Below are positions 37,513 through 51,350 of a DNA stretch of 64,000 nucleotides, in pieces (the first letter of the stretch is position 1; every line of letters begins with the position of its first letter). The notes below the pieces were generated by a model. The model saw nothing but the letters and a program-made list of their open reading frames with translations, was not told where the DNA came from and searched no databases. The stretch is from assembly GCA_037447605.1 (NCBI GenBank), contig CM074807.1:4173993-4237992 (forward strand), given 5' to 3'. The stretch comes from Zygnema circumcarinatum SAG 698-1b. Its lineage: Eukaryota; Plantae; Zygnematophyceae. Position numbers and translations under genes: made by a program.

Positions 37513-40500
37513 CGCTGGCGGCCGGCCAGAGCAGAGGAGCAAGGGCCTTCCCGGGGAGGCGGGGCCGTCGCGGAGGCACGCTGGCAGACAGCAAGCCGCC
37601 CACATTTCTGCTCCCGTTTGGCCCGCAGCTCTCGGGCGACAGCGGCGGCCACCCGTACTCATGGCCGCCAGAAGTGGAGGACGCCTTCCGCTCCATCTCT
37701 CGGGGGCCCTCCACGAGCCAGGTGGCTGGCGGAGAGGCGCTGGCGGATGCAATCATAGACATTCGGCGCCAGCTGTCCTTGAGCGATGGCAACCCGCGAC
37801 TCACCGCTGGCCTGCGGGTTTTCTTCGAGGAGGTAAGCATGGCTGGAGTAGGGAGGGAGGGAGGGAGGGACGGAGGGAGGGAGGGAGGGAGGGAGGGACG
37901 GAGGGAGGGTTTCTCTGGTTTGACGCGGCCCCATCTTAGCTGACGAGATTTGGAACGTCTACGTGGACCACTTACTTCTCGACCCTTTACGTTGGCAGAG
38001 CGCTTCCTTGCAAGGCTCCGAAGAGGTTAAAGTTGCTAACACATCTTCTCCTACTTCGTTTTATGTGGTGAATTCTTTGAACCGGTTCGTTTTCTATTAG
38101 TAGGACTACAACTTTATTGCGACGTCCAATGATGAAAGCATGTCTCCCTCAGACGAAAAAAGTAGACAACTTGCTTTCAGTGGACAAAGTGGACAAAAAG
38201 AATGGGGCGATTTTTTTCGCCATATTCAAGGATATAACAAGTGTTTGTGGAATGATGGAGCCTTACAATGCCAAGGTCGCGGAGTCAACAATTTCCCGAA
38301 TGTCTAGTTGTGTTTTAGACCCGCAGTCACCTGCATTTTCTAAAATGCTTCCCACATTGTATGCTTTGACACGTGAAGGTTTAAATGTTTAAATGCTGTC
38401 GAGCTACACTGTGGAATTGCGCTGGGTTCAGTCGCTTTGCTTTGGTTATACTTTGTTATAACGAGGCGCGCATTTTCCCATTCAATGCGGCTTACCACGC
38501 TTGCCATTGAGGTTGGAAATGCAAGTCACTTAAAAAATTGCTCACCAAGCCACTACTGACAGCAGTTGGAAGAAAGAAAAGGAATGAGCAGGTCCCAAGG
38601 GATGGTTACCGCTTGGATGTGATATACTCAGGAGCAAAGAAGCCATTTGGATTACCATTAGGAGTGATTTATTAAAGTACTCAATTGCTACTGAAAATAT
38701 AAGACCCTTCAGTTTTAGGCGAGGATATCATCATTCGCTCCCCGTGCTTTACGGTTTTAAACATTCGGATGTAGATAGCTTGCGCAATTTACCCATTACT
38801 TTCACCCATTGTTTCCTCTGTCGTTCACAATGAATGCTGTGAACCCTTCCTCAATCTTCTTCTTTTTGCCATTGCATTGAAAAGGTCAGAAAATTTAAAA
38901 AAAATGACTTAGTGATCTCAAACAACTGATAAATGCCTTGCGTCGTTGCCCTTTCGTAAACAGCCTTCTAGTGAAGGTCAGTCTCGGCGGGGTCTGATGC
39001 CATGACCCAAATCCTTGCAGGTGCTGGAGGAGAGCAAGGCAACGGAGTTCTTTTGTAGCACATTGCCGTTCATGGCTTCTTTGGCATTACGACTGCCCGA
39101 ACTTCTCATGTCGCAAGCGGTTGGAGCTGCTGAGGCTGCCCAGCAAGCATGCAGCGAATCAGGGAGCAGTAATCACAGCCGCAGCCCTCCCCAAATGCGG
39201 CTGCAGATTCTCCACGAACAGCAGCCAGGACTCGTTCTTATCTCTCAGGTGGCCCATGAACTGCATGCAGGGCCAGTAGTTATCTTCCAATAAGCGTGTG
39301 AGGCTGATGCTGTAGTGGCGATGCCTCTGCTTGTATGCCTTCGAGCGTCGTTAACTGTGAATGCAATCGTAGTCAAGCATGCAAACCGTCGATGTTGTCC
39401 AAAATTCTGGGCCATTTGCTTGCTGCAACCATGCTGTTCATGCTGCTGAATCACTGAAAAGAGTTTCTTAGCCAAAGTGAATTGCATTCCCAAGACTATC
39501 TACTGACGTGCAGGCCCATCTTGGAGCCCATCCATGATGTGCAATGTCTTGTGTTTCAAGTGTTCATATCCGAGTGGTATCTTTATCCTTCGGGAAATGA
39601 CTTGACTTTTGTATTGCCTCTTGTTTTCGAATTCCAATATATTTCAAAGGAGTGGACAGCTTGCCATTTACCGAATGCATTTCGAGATGATTTGCGTCAT
39701 GAACGAATATATGATTGTTATTGATTGTCCTATGACGGCTTCTAAATTTCCTGACTCTTTGTCTGCTTTCAGGAGCTTGCCGCAGCGCTGCTTGTTGGGG
39801 CCTTCTTCTGTGTCTATCCAACAACTGGCAGAGCACAAGGTCGACTCCCTGAGATTAATTTCGACCGCCTTTTTTCGTACGCTGCTACAACCTTCTGTGT
39901 TTATTCATTGAGCAGTAGATTTTCAGTGAATGTTGGCCCAGAAGTAAACATTTGAAGTCTCGTGTATTCTTGAATTTGCCCTCTTGAAACGATTTGACTG
40001 CCTGTGTAGTTCCCCTTCATACACATACCCTTTTCCATTGTGCATCCTTTTTTGCGCATTGCATGGTGCAGGAGCGTGTTCGAGCCCGGGCAGGCGCAGG
40101 AGAGCAAGCTGCAGTGCCTCCTGCACTACTTTTCGCGTGTGCGCAGCGAAATGCCGCTTGGGAGTGTTTCCTTTGAGAGGAAAGTGCTCCCAAAGAATGG
40201 CTCCGCGAGTCTGCAAGCTGCTGGTGCTATTGGTGGCGGTGGTGGCAGCAGCGGCGGCAGCAGCGGTGCAGGGCTTCCCCCGGCAGTTCCGGAGGCCGAC
40301 TTTTGGAAAGCCCGAAAGACTCCTCTGTGCAAGTTCACGGTACGAGCTCATATACAATGTGCCACTGTAGGCAGTTAGTGGTTGGAAGCTGCTTTAGGGG
40401 TTCTTGGTTGTGTACCGCAATCTTGCTCACTTACTCTATGCCAGTTTACCACCCCCCCCCCACCCCCCTTTTTTCTTTTCTTTTCCTCTTTCGCCCTCCC

Positions 40501-43500
40501 ATCTTTGTTCTTTTTCAAAGAACGAGCCCCTGGGTGCATTTGATGTTGGCATAGGTCGTGCTAGTAACTTTCCCACGTGTTGAAGGCTGCTATGCCTCTG
40601 CAGTATCCACCTCTTGCCTTCATTCTACCTACCTTCCTAGGCTAATGGCTTACGGAGGCCATATACTATATTCTTCCGTTTCTCTGTTGGAAACGCTCGT
40701 CAAGAGCGTTAACTGCTCGGTGTTCATGTAGGAATGGAACTAGTGCTTGTTGCAATGGAAGAAGACTTTTTTCTGACATAGACTGCGACTTCTTCCTCTT
40801 TTTCAAAAAGGAAGGACTGAGTACATTGAAGTGCCATCATGTTGAAGCATTTTTCTATGTATGCAAAAAGTCTCCTTGCACGTGATGACAATTGTCCTAT
40901 GGAATAAACCATACTCTGCTAGCTTCTATACCGTTGTGATTCACTGGCACTGGACGGTTTTACTGCATACGCAGATATTACCAACTGGAACTATTGAGGA
41001 TGAAGGAAGGGATTGCCTGCAAGTGGACTTTGCCAACGCCTTCCTGGGAGGTGGAGTTCTTGGCTATGGCTGCGTGCAGGCAAGCGCCCACTCGTTGGAC
41101 CTTTGCGCCTGTTTTCATGACAGAGAGTGCAGATAGTAGAGCAACGAGAGGGTTAGCCTCCACGTTGAGGAAGCTATGGAACAGAATGGTAGGCATTGCG
41201 AAGAAAATGCTATTGGCTGCTGGCAAAGGACGGGAGGGAGACTGGAGGTTTAAGTGTGATGAAACGATAGAATGTTGAAATTGTTGTGGCGAGATGGATG
41301 GCAGGCTTCTTGCTCGTTTTCGAAAGTTGATGATGAGATTTGGCGAGCAGGAGGAAAATCACGCTCTTGGGGAAAACAAGTTGCATGAATCCTGGAAATG
41401 CCGTTTTGAAGCAGCTCTTCTGGAATGCTGAGGACATGATAAGGGCCACTGTTCAGATCTGGAAACTGGTTCGTGGATGTTCAAGGACCGAGTCTGTCCT
41501 GCTTGAGGTTGAAAACTATACTGACTGAACAAACCATGTGGGAGAATACTGGCAGTCTGGTTTGATTGGGGGCTGATACTTCTTGGGATACGCAGAACTT
41601 AAGACATACTGAGAGGTTGACGTGGGGGGGCAGTGCAGGAGGAGATCTGGTTTGTCATCTATCCCGAGCTGATCACAGGGATGTTGTTCCTCTCAGCAAT
41701 GGCAGACAATGAAACCATTGAGATCGTCGGGGCGGAGAGGTTCAGCCGCTATACAGGGTGAGCTTGTAACATGCTGCAGGAGGACTGTAGGAGATGCATT
41801 ATGCTTGTTGTTCGGTGCAATTGGCTCGTCTGTTGAAGTTGGCGCGATCACGATGTTTCCTGCAATGAAGGGAATGTGCTGTAGAAACTGTTTAGTTGAC
41901 TATCGATCATCGTCCATGGAATTCCCTTCCTATGGTTGCGTGTCATTTGCCTCGAAGACCTAGTTGTACACTTCGAATTCTGGGGTTGAGTATTATTCAT
42001 GCTTCAAATCTTTCTCAGAGGCTGTCAGGGAGTTCATCTTATGCACGGTAATTCCTGCAGAGACTCTCGACTACAATATGAAGCGACGAGACACTTGAGA
42101 TCGGAACATAAGAATGGAAACTTTCTTCCTGCTTGGCTATAACTCTTTCTGTACTGTTTCCTGAGGGAGCAGGTACGCTTCCTCCTTCCGGTTTGCCCGT
42201 GACTTCAAAGACACGACTTTGAGGGACGCTTTGGGCCGCCGACAGACGAGGATTGTGGCCATGGATGCCACCGCCAATGCCGGGGAGAGGCAGTTTCGTG
42301 CCACTGCAATGCTAAGGTGAGAGCTTAGGGCAGGGGGTTTACGGTTTAGGGGGAAATGGAGGGGAAGGAGTTTGCAAGAGGGAAGTGGCCACTCGTACAT
42401 CATGAACTATGAGGATGAACATTGTCGAGGGGCACGTACTGTTTACCAATTTCATGTGCATAGTTCGATCCTATGCGTGATCCTATGTGCATGGACTGGG
42501 AATGTTCTGTCACAGGTTTTCTGTTCTCTGATCCGCATTGACCACGGGTTTTTTTACCAGGGATTTGAACAAGGCCTTCTGCGGCTTCCTGGACCATGCA
42601 TCCATTAGAAGGTACGCCGGAGCGCCGCCTCGCCCCAGCGGGGGCAGCAACTCACCAGATGGCATTGCGGCAGGGGAAGCTCGAGCAGCAGTCAATCAGA
42701 ATGCGGCAGGAAGTGGAACACATGAAGGAGAACTTAGGGCAACTGACACACCACAAACAATAAGCACCCCTAGGAGAGGCCCTGTGGAGGAAAGCCTGAG
42801 CAGGGACAGCATACTTCAGAATGGCAAGAGGCAGCGGTGGACCTATGCTGGCATAGTGAACCTGCAGGCTGAAGGGGGGGAGCTTGGAGCGAGGCTTGAA
42901 TCTCGGGAGGACAGCTCGGAGGCTGAGGTTAAATGGCAGCAGAGGCGAAATGGTGGTGGGGAAATGGCCGACGGGGAGGGAAGGCAAGGAAGGTTGCTTC
43001 TGCAGGAGTCGGCTGCTGCGGCAAACGAGCAAACGAGTTCTGGAGACTTTTCGAGGAGAGGTGCAGGAGACGGGGGTTCAGGGTGGGGGGCTCGGGATAG
43101 AAGTGGAGAGGGCAGCGGGACAGGTGGCGTTCTGCGATTGGCTGGAGGAGAGCCGTCGAGTGGGGCAACAGTGGGGACAGGGTCCACGGCCGGGTCGGGA
43201 TCAGCTACGGGAATGGTAGGGGGAGGGAGCATGGACAATGGAAGCGCGGATGAAGAGAAGGAGGATTTGGCGAATGAAAATGACAGGATTGGAGAGAGGA
43301 GTCAGGGAGGGCAAGGGAGGCCTGAGAGTAACGCGGGTAGCTTTGAGGGGAGTGAGGAAGGAGCAAAGGAAGGTGAGGGAGTTTTTGGGTGGTCGCAGAG
43401 GAATAACATCGGTGTTGCGACAGGAAATTGGGGTTGTGGGGCGTTCGGAGGTGACTTGGAGGTGAAGAGCATTTTGCAATGGTTGGCCGCCTCGCAGGTA

Positions 43501-44411
43501 GCGTGCTAAGTCCTTAGACGAGAGGCCCTTTGACGAAAGTGAAAATGCTTGGTGGCAAGCAAGCAAAATGGCGGCAGGGGTTCTTCCTCCTCAGCTTGTG
43601 CAGCTGCAAATCCGAGTTGCCGATGATTGGGATTGACCTTAATAATGTAAAGGAAGGCTGCGTTGGCTTCTTCTTTTACATCAGTTTAGTTACAGTTTTA
43701 TCTTTGACATCAATTCCAGGGATGTGTTGCCAGGCTGGCCGGCCCTTTGTACTCTACTTCCCCTTTCAAGACCGCCGTGCGACCCGATTGCATGAGGTGT
43801 GCAGAAGTCTCAGCCTACTTAGTAGCAACGAATTCAAATTGAGTGTAGGGTTTTCTTCCAAATTTGGAAAAACACATGAGGACAATGCCTTCTGTGTATA
43901 GGGATGTGAGGGCCAAGGCACCACCGTTTGTGAAATTTATATGACTCTTGCGTGCGGAGTACCTTAGAGATACTGTCAATTCATGTAAGGATAGTTTGCG
44001 CTTTGAGACAGGGGATAGATGAAGGGGAGGAAGGCCTTTGACAGAGTAAGGGAGAGAACGAACAAGAGAGAAATATTGAGTAAAGCGTATTTTTTGTTCT
44101 CCATCATTTTGCAATTTATGACGATTGAACTTTTTAATATTGATATAATTTTACCTTGTTTCTGGAGGAGGTTGATATGACAGGTTACAAGCTGGATTCA
44201 AACGGAAAGCTGGACAGTTGGCGAGTTATGGCATGTAGTTTCAAGTTATGGAAGGGCGAGGGTGCGACATGAAGTGCATGCCGGCTTCTTCGACTGGCTC
44301 CGCCCTCCACTAGATTCAGGTATCTGCTTCTCTTCTTCTTTTCTTCTTCTCTCTTCTGCTCGTTCGTCCGCAGGAATGGACATCACGCTCATTGAATGGG
44401 AGTACTCTTGA
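37348..44411 (+). CDS. PARG: Poly(ADP-ribose) glycohydrolase, paralogue B (start and last exon uncertain; possible extension to 45854)
   Basis: Exons 37530-37832, 39021-39248, 39773-39876, 40072-40339, 40975-41079 (GC donor), 41639-41757, 42173-42316, 42561-43497, 43734-43796 and 44184-44319 are phase-consistent. Motifs: [19 protein letters not shown]|[50 protein letters not shown]. Confidence 0.94.
37455..37510. repeat. (CT)n microsatellite
   Basis: Read directly; a second (CT)n lies at about 32662-32700. Confidence 0.97.
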
Positions 44412-45012
44412 AGTATGTAGAGATGATGCGAATTGTTTGGGCTTATTTTTTTGTCAAGTGCTTTGTAATCTGCAGCCACGAACTTGCCCACTGTGTAGAG
44501 ATAGCGATAGACAGGTGGTAGGGAGCATAGGGAGTGCCCGGGACTGAGTAAAAGGATGTGTAAAATAATCAAGAAAAGGTTGGAAAGTATAATCAATGGT
44601 AGAGAATCATCAGCAGCTTTATATTGACTTGCGTCCCTAGATTCGGATTTAAGCCAATCCTTGAAGACAAGAATCCAATCTGAAGAAATTAGTGCCTGAC
44701 TCCCTTTCAGATCTTAGATGTCAATCTTCCAAGGCGAGTTTGACGTAATCATGCTGCAATTTGTGAGCTTCGGCCTCTCTCCAGCTTTATCTATTCCAAT
44801 TCTCCTTGGCCTGCTGTGATCTTTGTTAGGAATCTTAGTTACCAACTTAATATGTCTCCTGTAACTTGCAAAGTTTTCATGTCCATTTCATAGGAAAGGC
44901 CCAGGTAGGCTGCTTTAACTCCCTTACTCAGCGTTGATCCTGCGTCTGCTCTACTTTACAATTCCCACATGTAGTCAAATATCGGCAGAGTAATTCTAGC
45001 ATCTCTTTGTAG

Positions 45013-45854
45013 AGAGAAACCCCGGCATTGAGGTGATGCGAGCTTTTGTCGTGGCACAGGAGCTGCAGCTTGCAGGGCTCTCCAAGCTTGGAGGAGAAAT
45101 TTCAGAAGGTCAGAGCAGCCCAGATTCTGGAAGGGCTCGTAGCTGAGGTCAGGAAACGAACTGTCTCTCCCGCCTTATGCTAATGTGTTATTTTGGGGGA
45201 TTGCACTTTGCTGCAGATTCTCCAAAAGCCAAGAAAAGGAGGCTAAATACAGAGTTGAGGACGTCCCAGAAGACTCGGACTGAAGAGGCGGACCCTGAGC
45301 ATGCTTTCGAGGAACTGCTTACGGTGCCTTGTAGAGGAGAGCATTGGGAAGAGGACGACGACTCGGCTCGGCACGGGGATGAATTGGATAATGATAATGA
45401 CCAAATGAAGCTGCAGAGTATACGTCTCAGAAACCAGCCCTCTCCGGTGAAACATTTCTGGAAAGATGAACAACATCTAAGAAGAGATGGGAGTAGAAGT
45501 GTCACCCAATCAAATGGAAGAAAGGGCGTCCGTGAGGACGGACTGGCCGGCGACTCAAGTTCAGAGGAGAGAGGGGACTGCCTACAGAGAGAGACGAATG
45601 CTGACACTGTGGAGTGGATTTTGAAAGGCAATAAGAGGCGGGGGGAAGCCTGCGAGGCAAGTGGAGGTTTGCACGAGCGGAGAGCAAGTGAGACTGCCGA
45701 TGCGAAGGCAGATTGTGAAGAACGATTCTTGGGTTGGGCACACGCTGCCAACTGGGGGCAGAGGGAGAGGGATCCGCAGGGCAGCACGCAGAAAAAACAC
45801 ACGCAGACCTGCGAGTGGGAAGGTTCAAAAACGCCGTCACCACCCTCCTCGTAG
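45013..45854 (+). CDS. Probable alternative 3' exons of PARG-B (45013-45108, 45217-45854); acidic/low-complexity tail with basic PKAKKRRL motif
   Basis: AG/GT-bounded exons in phase 1->1->1 with the PARG-B donor at 44320; 225-codon ORF; no independent start or promoter seen. Confidence 0.6.
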
Positions 45855-47361
45855 GAGAGCTGGTGACCGGCTCACCGGCGACCAGCTGCTGCCTGCAGGG
45901 CGGTGCTGTGCATTTCTTGGAGGGGATTTGGGAATGGAGTTAAGGCTTCAGCCACTAGATCAGCTGCAGGGTTCTCTCTTGTGTTGCGTACTTGTTTGTG
46001 GGGTGGTGTATATGTTCACAGGGGGGCACTACACTTGTGTCGGTGTTCGTCATTTTTGTATTCCGTAAGGCTGCACGTGGCCCACGGGGTTTTTTATCTA
46101 GTGTATTTTTTCCATGCAGTCCAGAACAGGAGTTTCCTGTCAGGCGGGCTAAGCAGTAACCATTCACGAGCGTACAGGCAGTCTGCGACTTCTGATAGTA
46201 CCGGGGGCACAAGCTCACCCTGACTGCCTGCCTTCCGGGCAGTACGTCCCTCTGCCTGCTCGCCACTCACTTGCCTCGCACGGCTCTGGTCGGCGCAGGC
46301 CATCCTTCGTCCATCTTGTCGGCACACTCATTTCACACTCGTCTCGCAGCCACAGCCACTGTTACAGCTGCAGAGTTTCTTTCGAAACGACAGACATTAC
46401 CCAGGAACGCCATTTGTCTTTTTTTGAAGAGGTGGAGAGTAACGGGCCCGTTGACCTTCATGGCCTGCCGCAGCATGTCCACAGCTGGCACTCGGGGCCG
46501 CAGGCTACATTAGGGGGTCTCAGACTTAGCAAAACATCAGTATGTTTTACACCAGAAAGAGTACTCTTGAGACATCGCGATTCCCCTGCAGAGGAGAACT
46601 TCCGTAACTTGCCTTTTCCGTCAAATTTCTGAGACCATCTATTGCAGAGGGAGAAGTCAGGCGACAATACGTTGGCACTTCCCTGACAGGAACGCGCACA
46701 CATGGAGACAGGCAGATAAACAGCGAGAGACAGAGACAGAGACAGAGCGACAGAGACAGATAGAGACCGACAAAAGAGTCCACCACACCTGATTCCTTCA
46801 AGTTTATGCTTTACAAAAGGCTACAGATGGAATTGACTCAAGAAAAATACAAGGTCCTGCGGCGACCCCTACTGCCATGGATCACATATTTCAGAGAGGC
46901 AACGCGCGGCTTCTACCGGACGCAAAGCACTGCCTGTTTAAATACCCGCCTGCCCCACCCCCCCCCCCGCTCCCCTACATGCACATGCTCTTGTCTCGCT
47001 GTTGCGCAAGGACGCCAAGCAGATACCCCGCCGGCTGTTCCTCCCCTCCCCTCGCTGCTGTGTAAGGACGCTCGGCAGATGCCCCGCCGGCTCGCCTCTT
47101 CTCGCCTCCGTCCTCCCCCCTCCCACCAGTCCTTCCCCGCCTCCCCATTCGAGACCACCCTTCCAACCCTCCCTCAAACCACGCAGTGTCTCCCCCTACA
47201 TCCCTTCTCTCCTCTTGCCGAACAGCAGCACCTACACTGGCGCAATGACCGGTCGACGGCCCGGCCAACATAAAACAGAAAGGTGAGGTAGCGAGTCCCC
47301 CCCCCCCCCCCCCCCCCCCNNNNNNNNNNCCCCCCCCCCCCCCCCCCCTTCTTTCTTGCAG

Positions 47362-47500
47362 CTACACGAGGTCCTGGTTTTTGACCGAGCCAAAGGGTTT
47401 GCTGGTAAGGGAGGAAAGTCTTCCCAATGTGTCCAGCGACACATTGTCGTGTTGCTTTTGCAGGGCCATCTGCAAAAGCAGCTGGTGCTGTTGCTGGTGA

Positions 47501-47532
<32 letters not shown>

Positions 47533-50500
47533 CTGCTGCTGCTGTTGCTGTAGGGAATTTGACTGTGGTTGAAGCCGTAAAATGGCCAGCATTTGCTGCT
47601 CTATGCTCGGCATTGTCTGCTGGCTGGACTGCCCCACTGACAATTGTCCTGCAGCCTGTCGAAGTAGCTCAACTTCTTTCTGCAACTGTTGATTCTCCTC
47701 TGCACGAGCATAATGAAGCAGACTTTCCAGGTTCAGAGACGAGAGACAACAGGCTAAAGCATGACTTGAGCCTGTAACAGAGAGTCTGCCCCATTCAAGC
47801 AACACCATGCTAACTCATCAGACGAATCGAGGCTGCAACGCAAGACTCCCTCTGCTGAATCAACTAGGGCTACAGCAACGGCCATTGAAAAAATAGAGAA
47901 CATCTCACCTTCCCTCTGCCGATACAACTTCTCCATCATCTGCATTTTCCGGCTCATGCCCTCATTTACTTCTGCCAGTGACGTGGTTTCTCTCTGCACA
48001 GCGTCAATCAACATCCCAGGCCGAGTATAACAGCCAAAACACAACAACAAGACAGACAAGACTTGACAGCCCAAGTGCACATATCCCATGTGCTCCATAA
48101 ACGTCCGTGCCGGTGGCATGCAGAAGGCAAACTACGCACCCCTAGGCAAGACATAAGCTCGTCAATTGCTCATAACACCCCACCCAAAGCAGCTGTCAAA
48201 TTCGAAGCACTACTTCTCAACCAGTATCCTAACCTGCCGCTCACTTGTTACGAAACAGTGACAGTTTACTATAATCCAAATGCAACCATACATTTCTGAT
48301 GCGGGGCAGCATACACATTTTCAAGCTCCAAAACCGGGCATGCATCTTAATAATTGCAGATGTGGTCATACACCGCGTACTACCCAAGTGCCCTATTGCC
48401 AATATCACAATAACAAAACCCCTGAACTAGCAAATTGGCGAGCTACTGGGCCATTTGGGAACAAACGTATAGGACTGGACATAATGGACGTCAGCTCATG
48501 CTCTGATGCCTTCTTCGCTTTCTTTCAGTGCTGCAGTTCTACCATCAGAAACTCTCCAGCTTAACATGGAGTATGCGAGATTTTTTTCTGCTGAGTTGAA
48601 GCACCCACGGCTCAGGCTTCTCACAAGGGAGTAAAGCCAACAGTGCCGCTTTAAAAATACCACTCTCAACTCGATAGATCCCCAACAAAATCAGAATATA
48701 AAGTAGACTTCTGGAAAATCTGGAAGCACACCACTCGCTCCGCAGATGGCAGAATGTGCGATTAAAGGAACATACTTTCAACACATATCTGAAGCGATAC
48801 TTACCAATAAAAAAATAATTCTGAAAGCCCCACAGAAAAAGAGTAATGAACTAGGCCGTAGTCTGAATATATTTTTCTTCATTATATGTTTTTGTTATTG
48901 CAGGAACTATTAGCAAATCTGACACGGAAAGCATTAGACCTACGTAGGTTCCGGTGCAACAAACCTCCTAAACGGACTACAGAAGCTTTTCGTCATGCTA
49001 TATTAGTTCGGGTGATTAGGTCAAAATATCTCCTCCAAATAAGAACAAGTACAGCAAGAAAACGTTTCGACTGGCCAGAATCCCAGTGCCGTGCTTTTAG
49101 TTGACTAATGACACGTGCACTGCAGCATTAGGGACTTCTGTTAGATGCAAATGGGAGTCATTAAACAGCTTATAGTCTGCAGCAGTTCTTCCTCAATACG
49201 CTTCATAGCTAGCCGAGATAGCCCTGCAAGACGAGTTCGACCTAGTTTCAAATAGTTCCATCTACAACTAGGCGACAGAAACGCCTGCATAAGAGCAGAC
49301 GGGGTTCCTACGGCCATGCCTGCACGAAAATTGGCTGACAGATGCATAGGCGGAAGTGGTCTTCATGTTCTTTATGCTGTCATAACAGTCAAGAACAAGC
49401 AAAGGGGGGCAATGGTTTCGGGATTTGAGGCGTACCTGTAGTAGAGTCAGAGTCGCCCTCAAAGCTGTCGACTGCTTCTCATAGTAGGTCACTTTTTCCT
49501 CTAGTTCAGAAATATAGCGGGTCTTCCTCTCCTTTGATCGAGCAGCCGATTGCCGGTTCGCAAGTATTCTGGAAACAATTGAAATGTTACCACTAAAATG
49601 AGTGGGACACACGTTGCTCGCAAGTCGCAAATTAGGGCATGAAAATCATGTCGCAGAATTGTTAAAAATTGGGCAGAAACCAAAACTGAAGACAATGCCT
49701 TACAAGATGACGCGCCAACCGGCATCGGCACAAGCCCACAAACCTGCGGTGTTCAAGTATACAGACCACAACCTGCCTACATATGCGATCAAGCCCGCAT
49801 ATTCCACGCACATGAGGGCCAGATGCTTCCCAAGGTCGGAACAGCTACGGGAACCTGCTTTCCTCCATTCAACTGTTCTTCTGACTCGCTTCACCAAGCG
49901 CGCCCTAAAACGCGCCAGCCGCACTCTACGTACCTCTTAGCTCGCTTAGGGTCAATAAATTGAACGTCCTGTAGTTTCTTTCCCGCCAGAACCTTCTTCA
50001 CAGCCTCCTCTCCATCCATGTCATCCAGATTGTCATGAGTAGACGATTTGCCACCGCCATCAAAGTGACCTCTGACTCCACGCCTCTCTTGAGGAGGACT
50101 CAAGGGATCCAGGGGCGAGCTGGGATTGAAGCCCGCCAGAAGGCCGTCGTCCACGGACAGGCTGCGGGTGTGCGAGGGCGTCCAGCTGTGCCCGCCGCCG
50201 CCTCCACCCGCCGAGACCCCGTTCCCACCCCCGTCCGCACCACCCTCGCCATGGTGCCCTCCCGGGAGGTCGGCCCCCACCGGCCCCAGCTCCGCCTGGA
50301 GGTCGGTCTCCCGCCCCCCCCCCAGGCCGATGAGGTGCGAGAGCAGCACGTCCCCGTTGTCGCGGTCGCCCTCGAAGAGAGCAGCGCCCTCCCGCGGCTC
50401 GAAGCGCCCGAGGCCGCCATGGCCATGGCCCTGCCCCTGTGCGTGCGCGTCGTCCAGCCCCGCCACGCTCAGCGTCTCGCTCTGCGACCGCCGGTGGCCG

Positions 50501-50985
50501 CGCCGCCGCACGTTGTGCTCGGGCATCTGGCTGATGAGCGTGTCCGTCAGGAACCGCGCGCTGCCGGGTCCGCCGCCGCTCGAGCTGCCGCCCTGCGGAG
50601 GGCTGCGCAGCGCCCGCTTCCCCTCACTCATAGCCTGGGCCTGGGCCTGGGCATGGGCATGGGCATGGGCTTGGGCTTGGGCCTGGGCCTGGGCCTGGGC
50701 CTGGGCCTGGGCATGGGCCTGCGTCTGGGCCTGCCGGCTGGGAGACGTGCTCTGCTCCTGCACCGCCCCGTCCACAGCCAAAGAGCTTCCCGTCCTTACA
50801 GAAGTTTCGCTGATCGTTGGCGAGGAGTCAGCAGTGGTTCCGGAGAATGCAGCAGGGCTCTGATTGGACCTACAACCCATAAAAGGCATTTGACGAACCT
50901 CTTCAGCGTCTGGAGGGTCCACCATATAGTGCCGCAGGGTCGCGACATACTGTGCGTACTGCGGACCTAATCCGGAGCTCTCCAT
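47362..50985 (-). CDS. bZIP transcription factor, group I (RF2a/VIP1-like)
   Basis: Exons 50985-49934, 49568-49436, 47993-47909 and 47699-47362. Motifs [23 protein letters not shown]|[15 protein letters not shown] (the diagnostic Lys of group I); leucine zipper continues [11 protein letters not shown]..; poly-AQ and poly-Q tracts. Confidence 0.95.
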
Positions 50986-51350
50986 GGCCTCCTCCTCCTC
51001 CCCCCTCCAACCCTCGCACTCCCTCACTCTCTCCCTCTTCCCACCCTCTGTCCCTCTCTCCTCCCTCCGGCACGTCTACTCCGGGCGGCCAGCCGCGCGC
51101 GTAGATCCTCCCCGCGCAGCCATGGCGGCCGGTGGCGCTCTGCCCGTCCCGCGTCCCTCCCGCCCTCCCTCCCGTCCGTCCGTCCGCCGCCCGTCCGTCC
51201 GTCCGTGCGTCCGTCCGCGCCGGCCCGGCCCATTCATTGCGCCCCCCCCTCCGTTCCGCGGAACGGCCGCCTAACCGACCCCCGACCCGGCCCGTCCCGC
51301 GTAACTGCCCTGCCGCCCGTTCGCCCGCCCGCCCGCCTCCGCCCTGCGAC

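Noticed and set aside
47297-47349. Poly-C/G runs with central N blocks as possible G-quadruplex or structural elements (also 1250-1290, 56655-56690)
   Set aside because: They coincide with assembly gaps, so true length and sequence are unknown.
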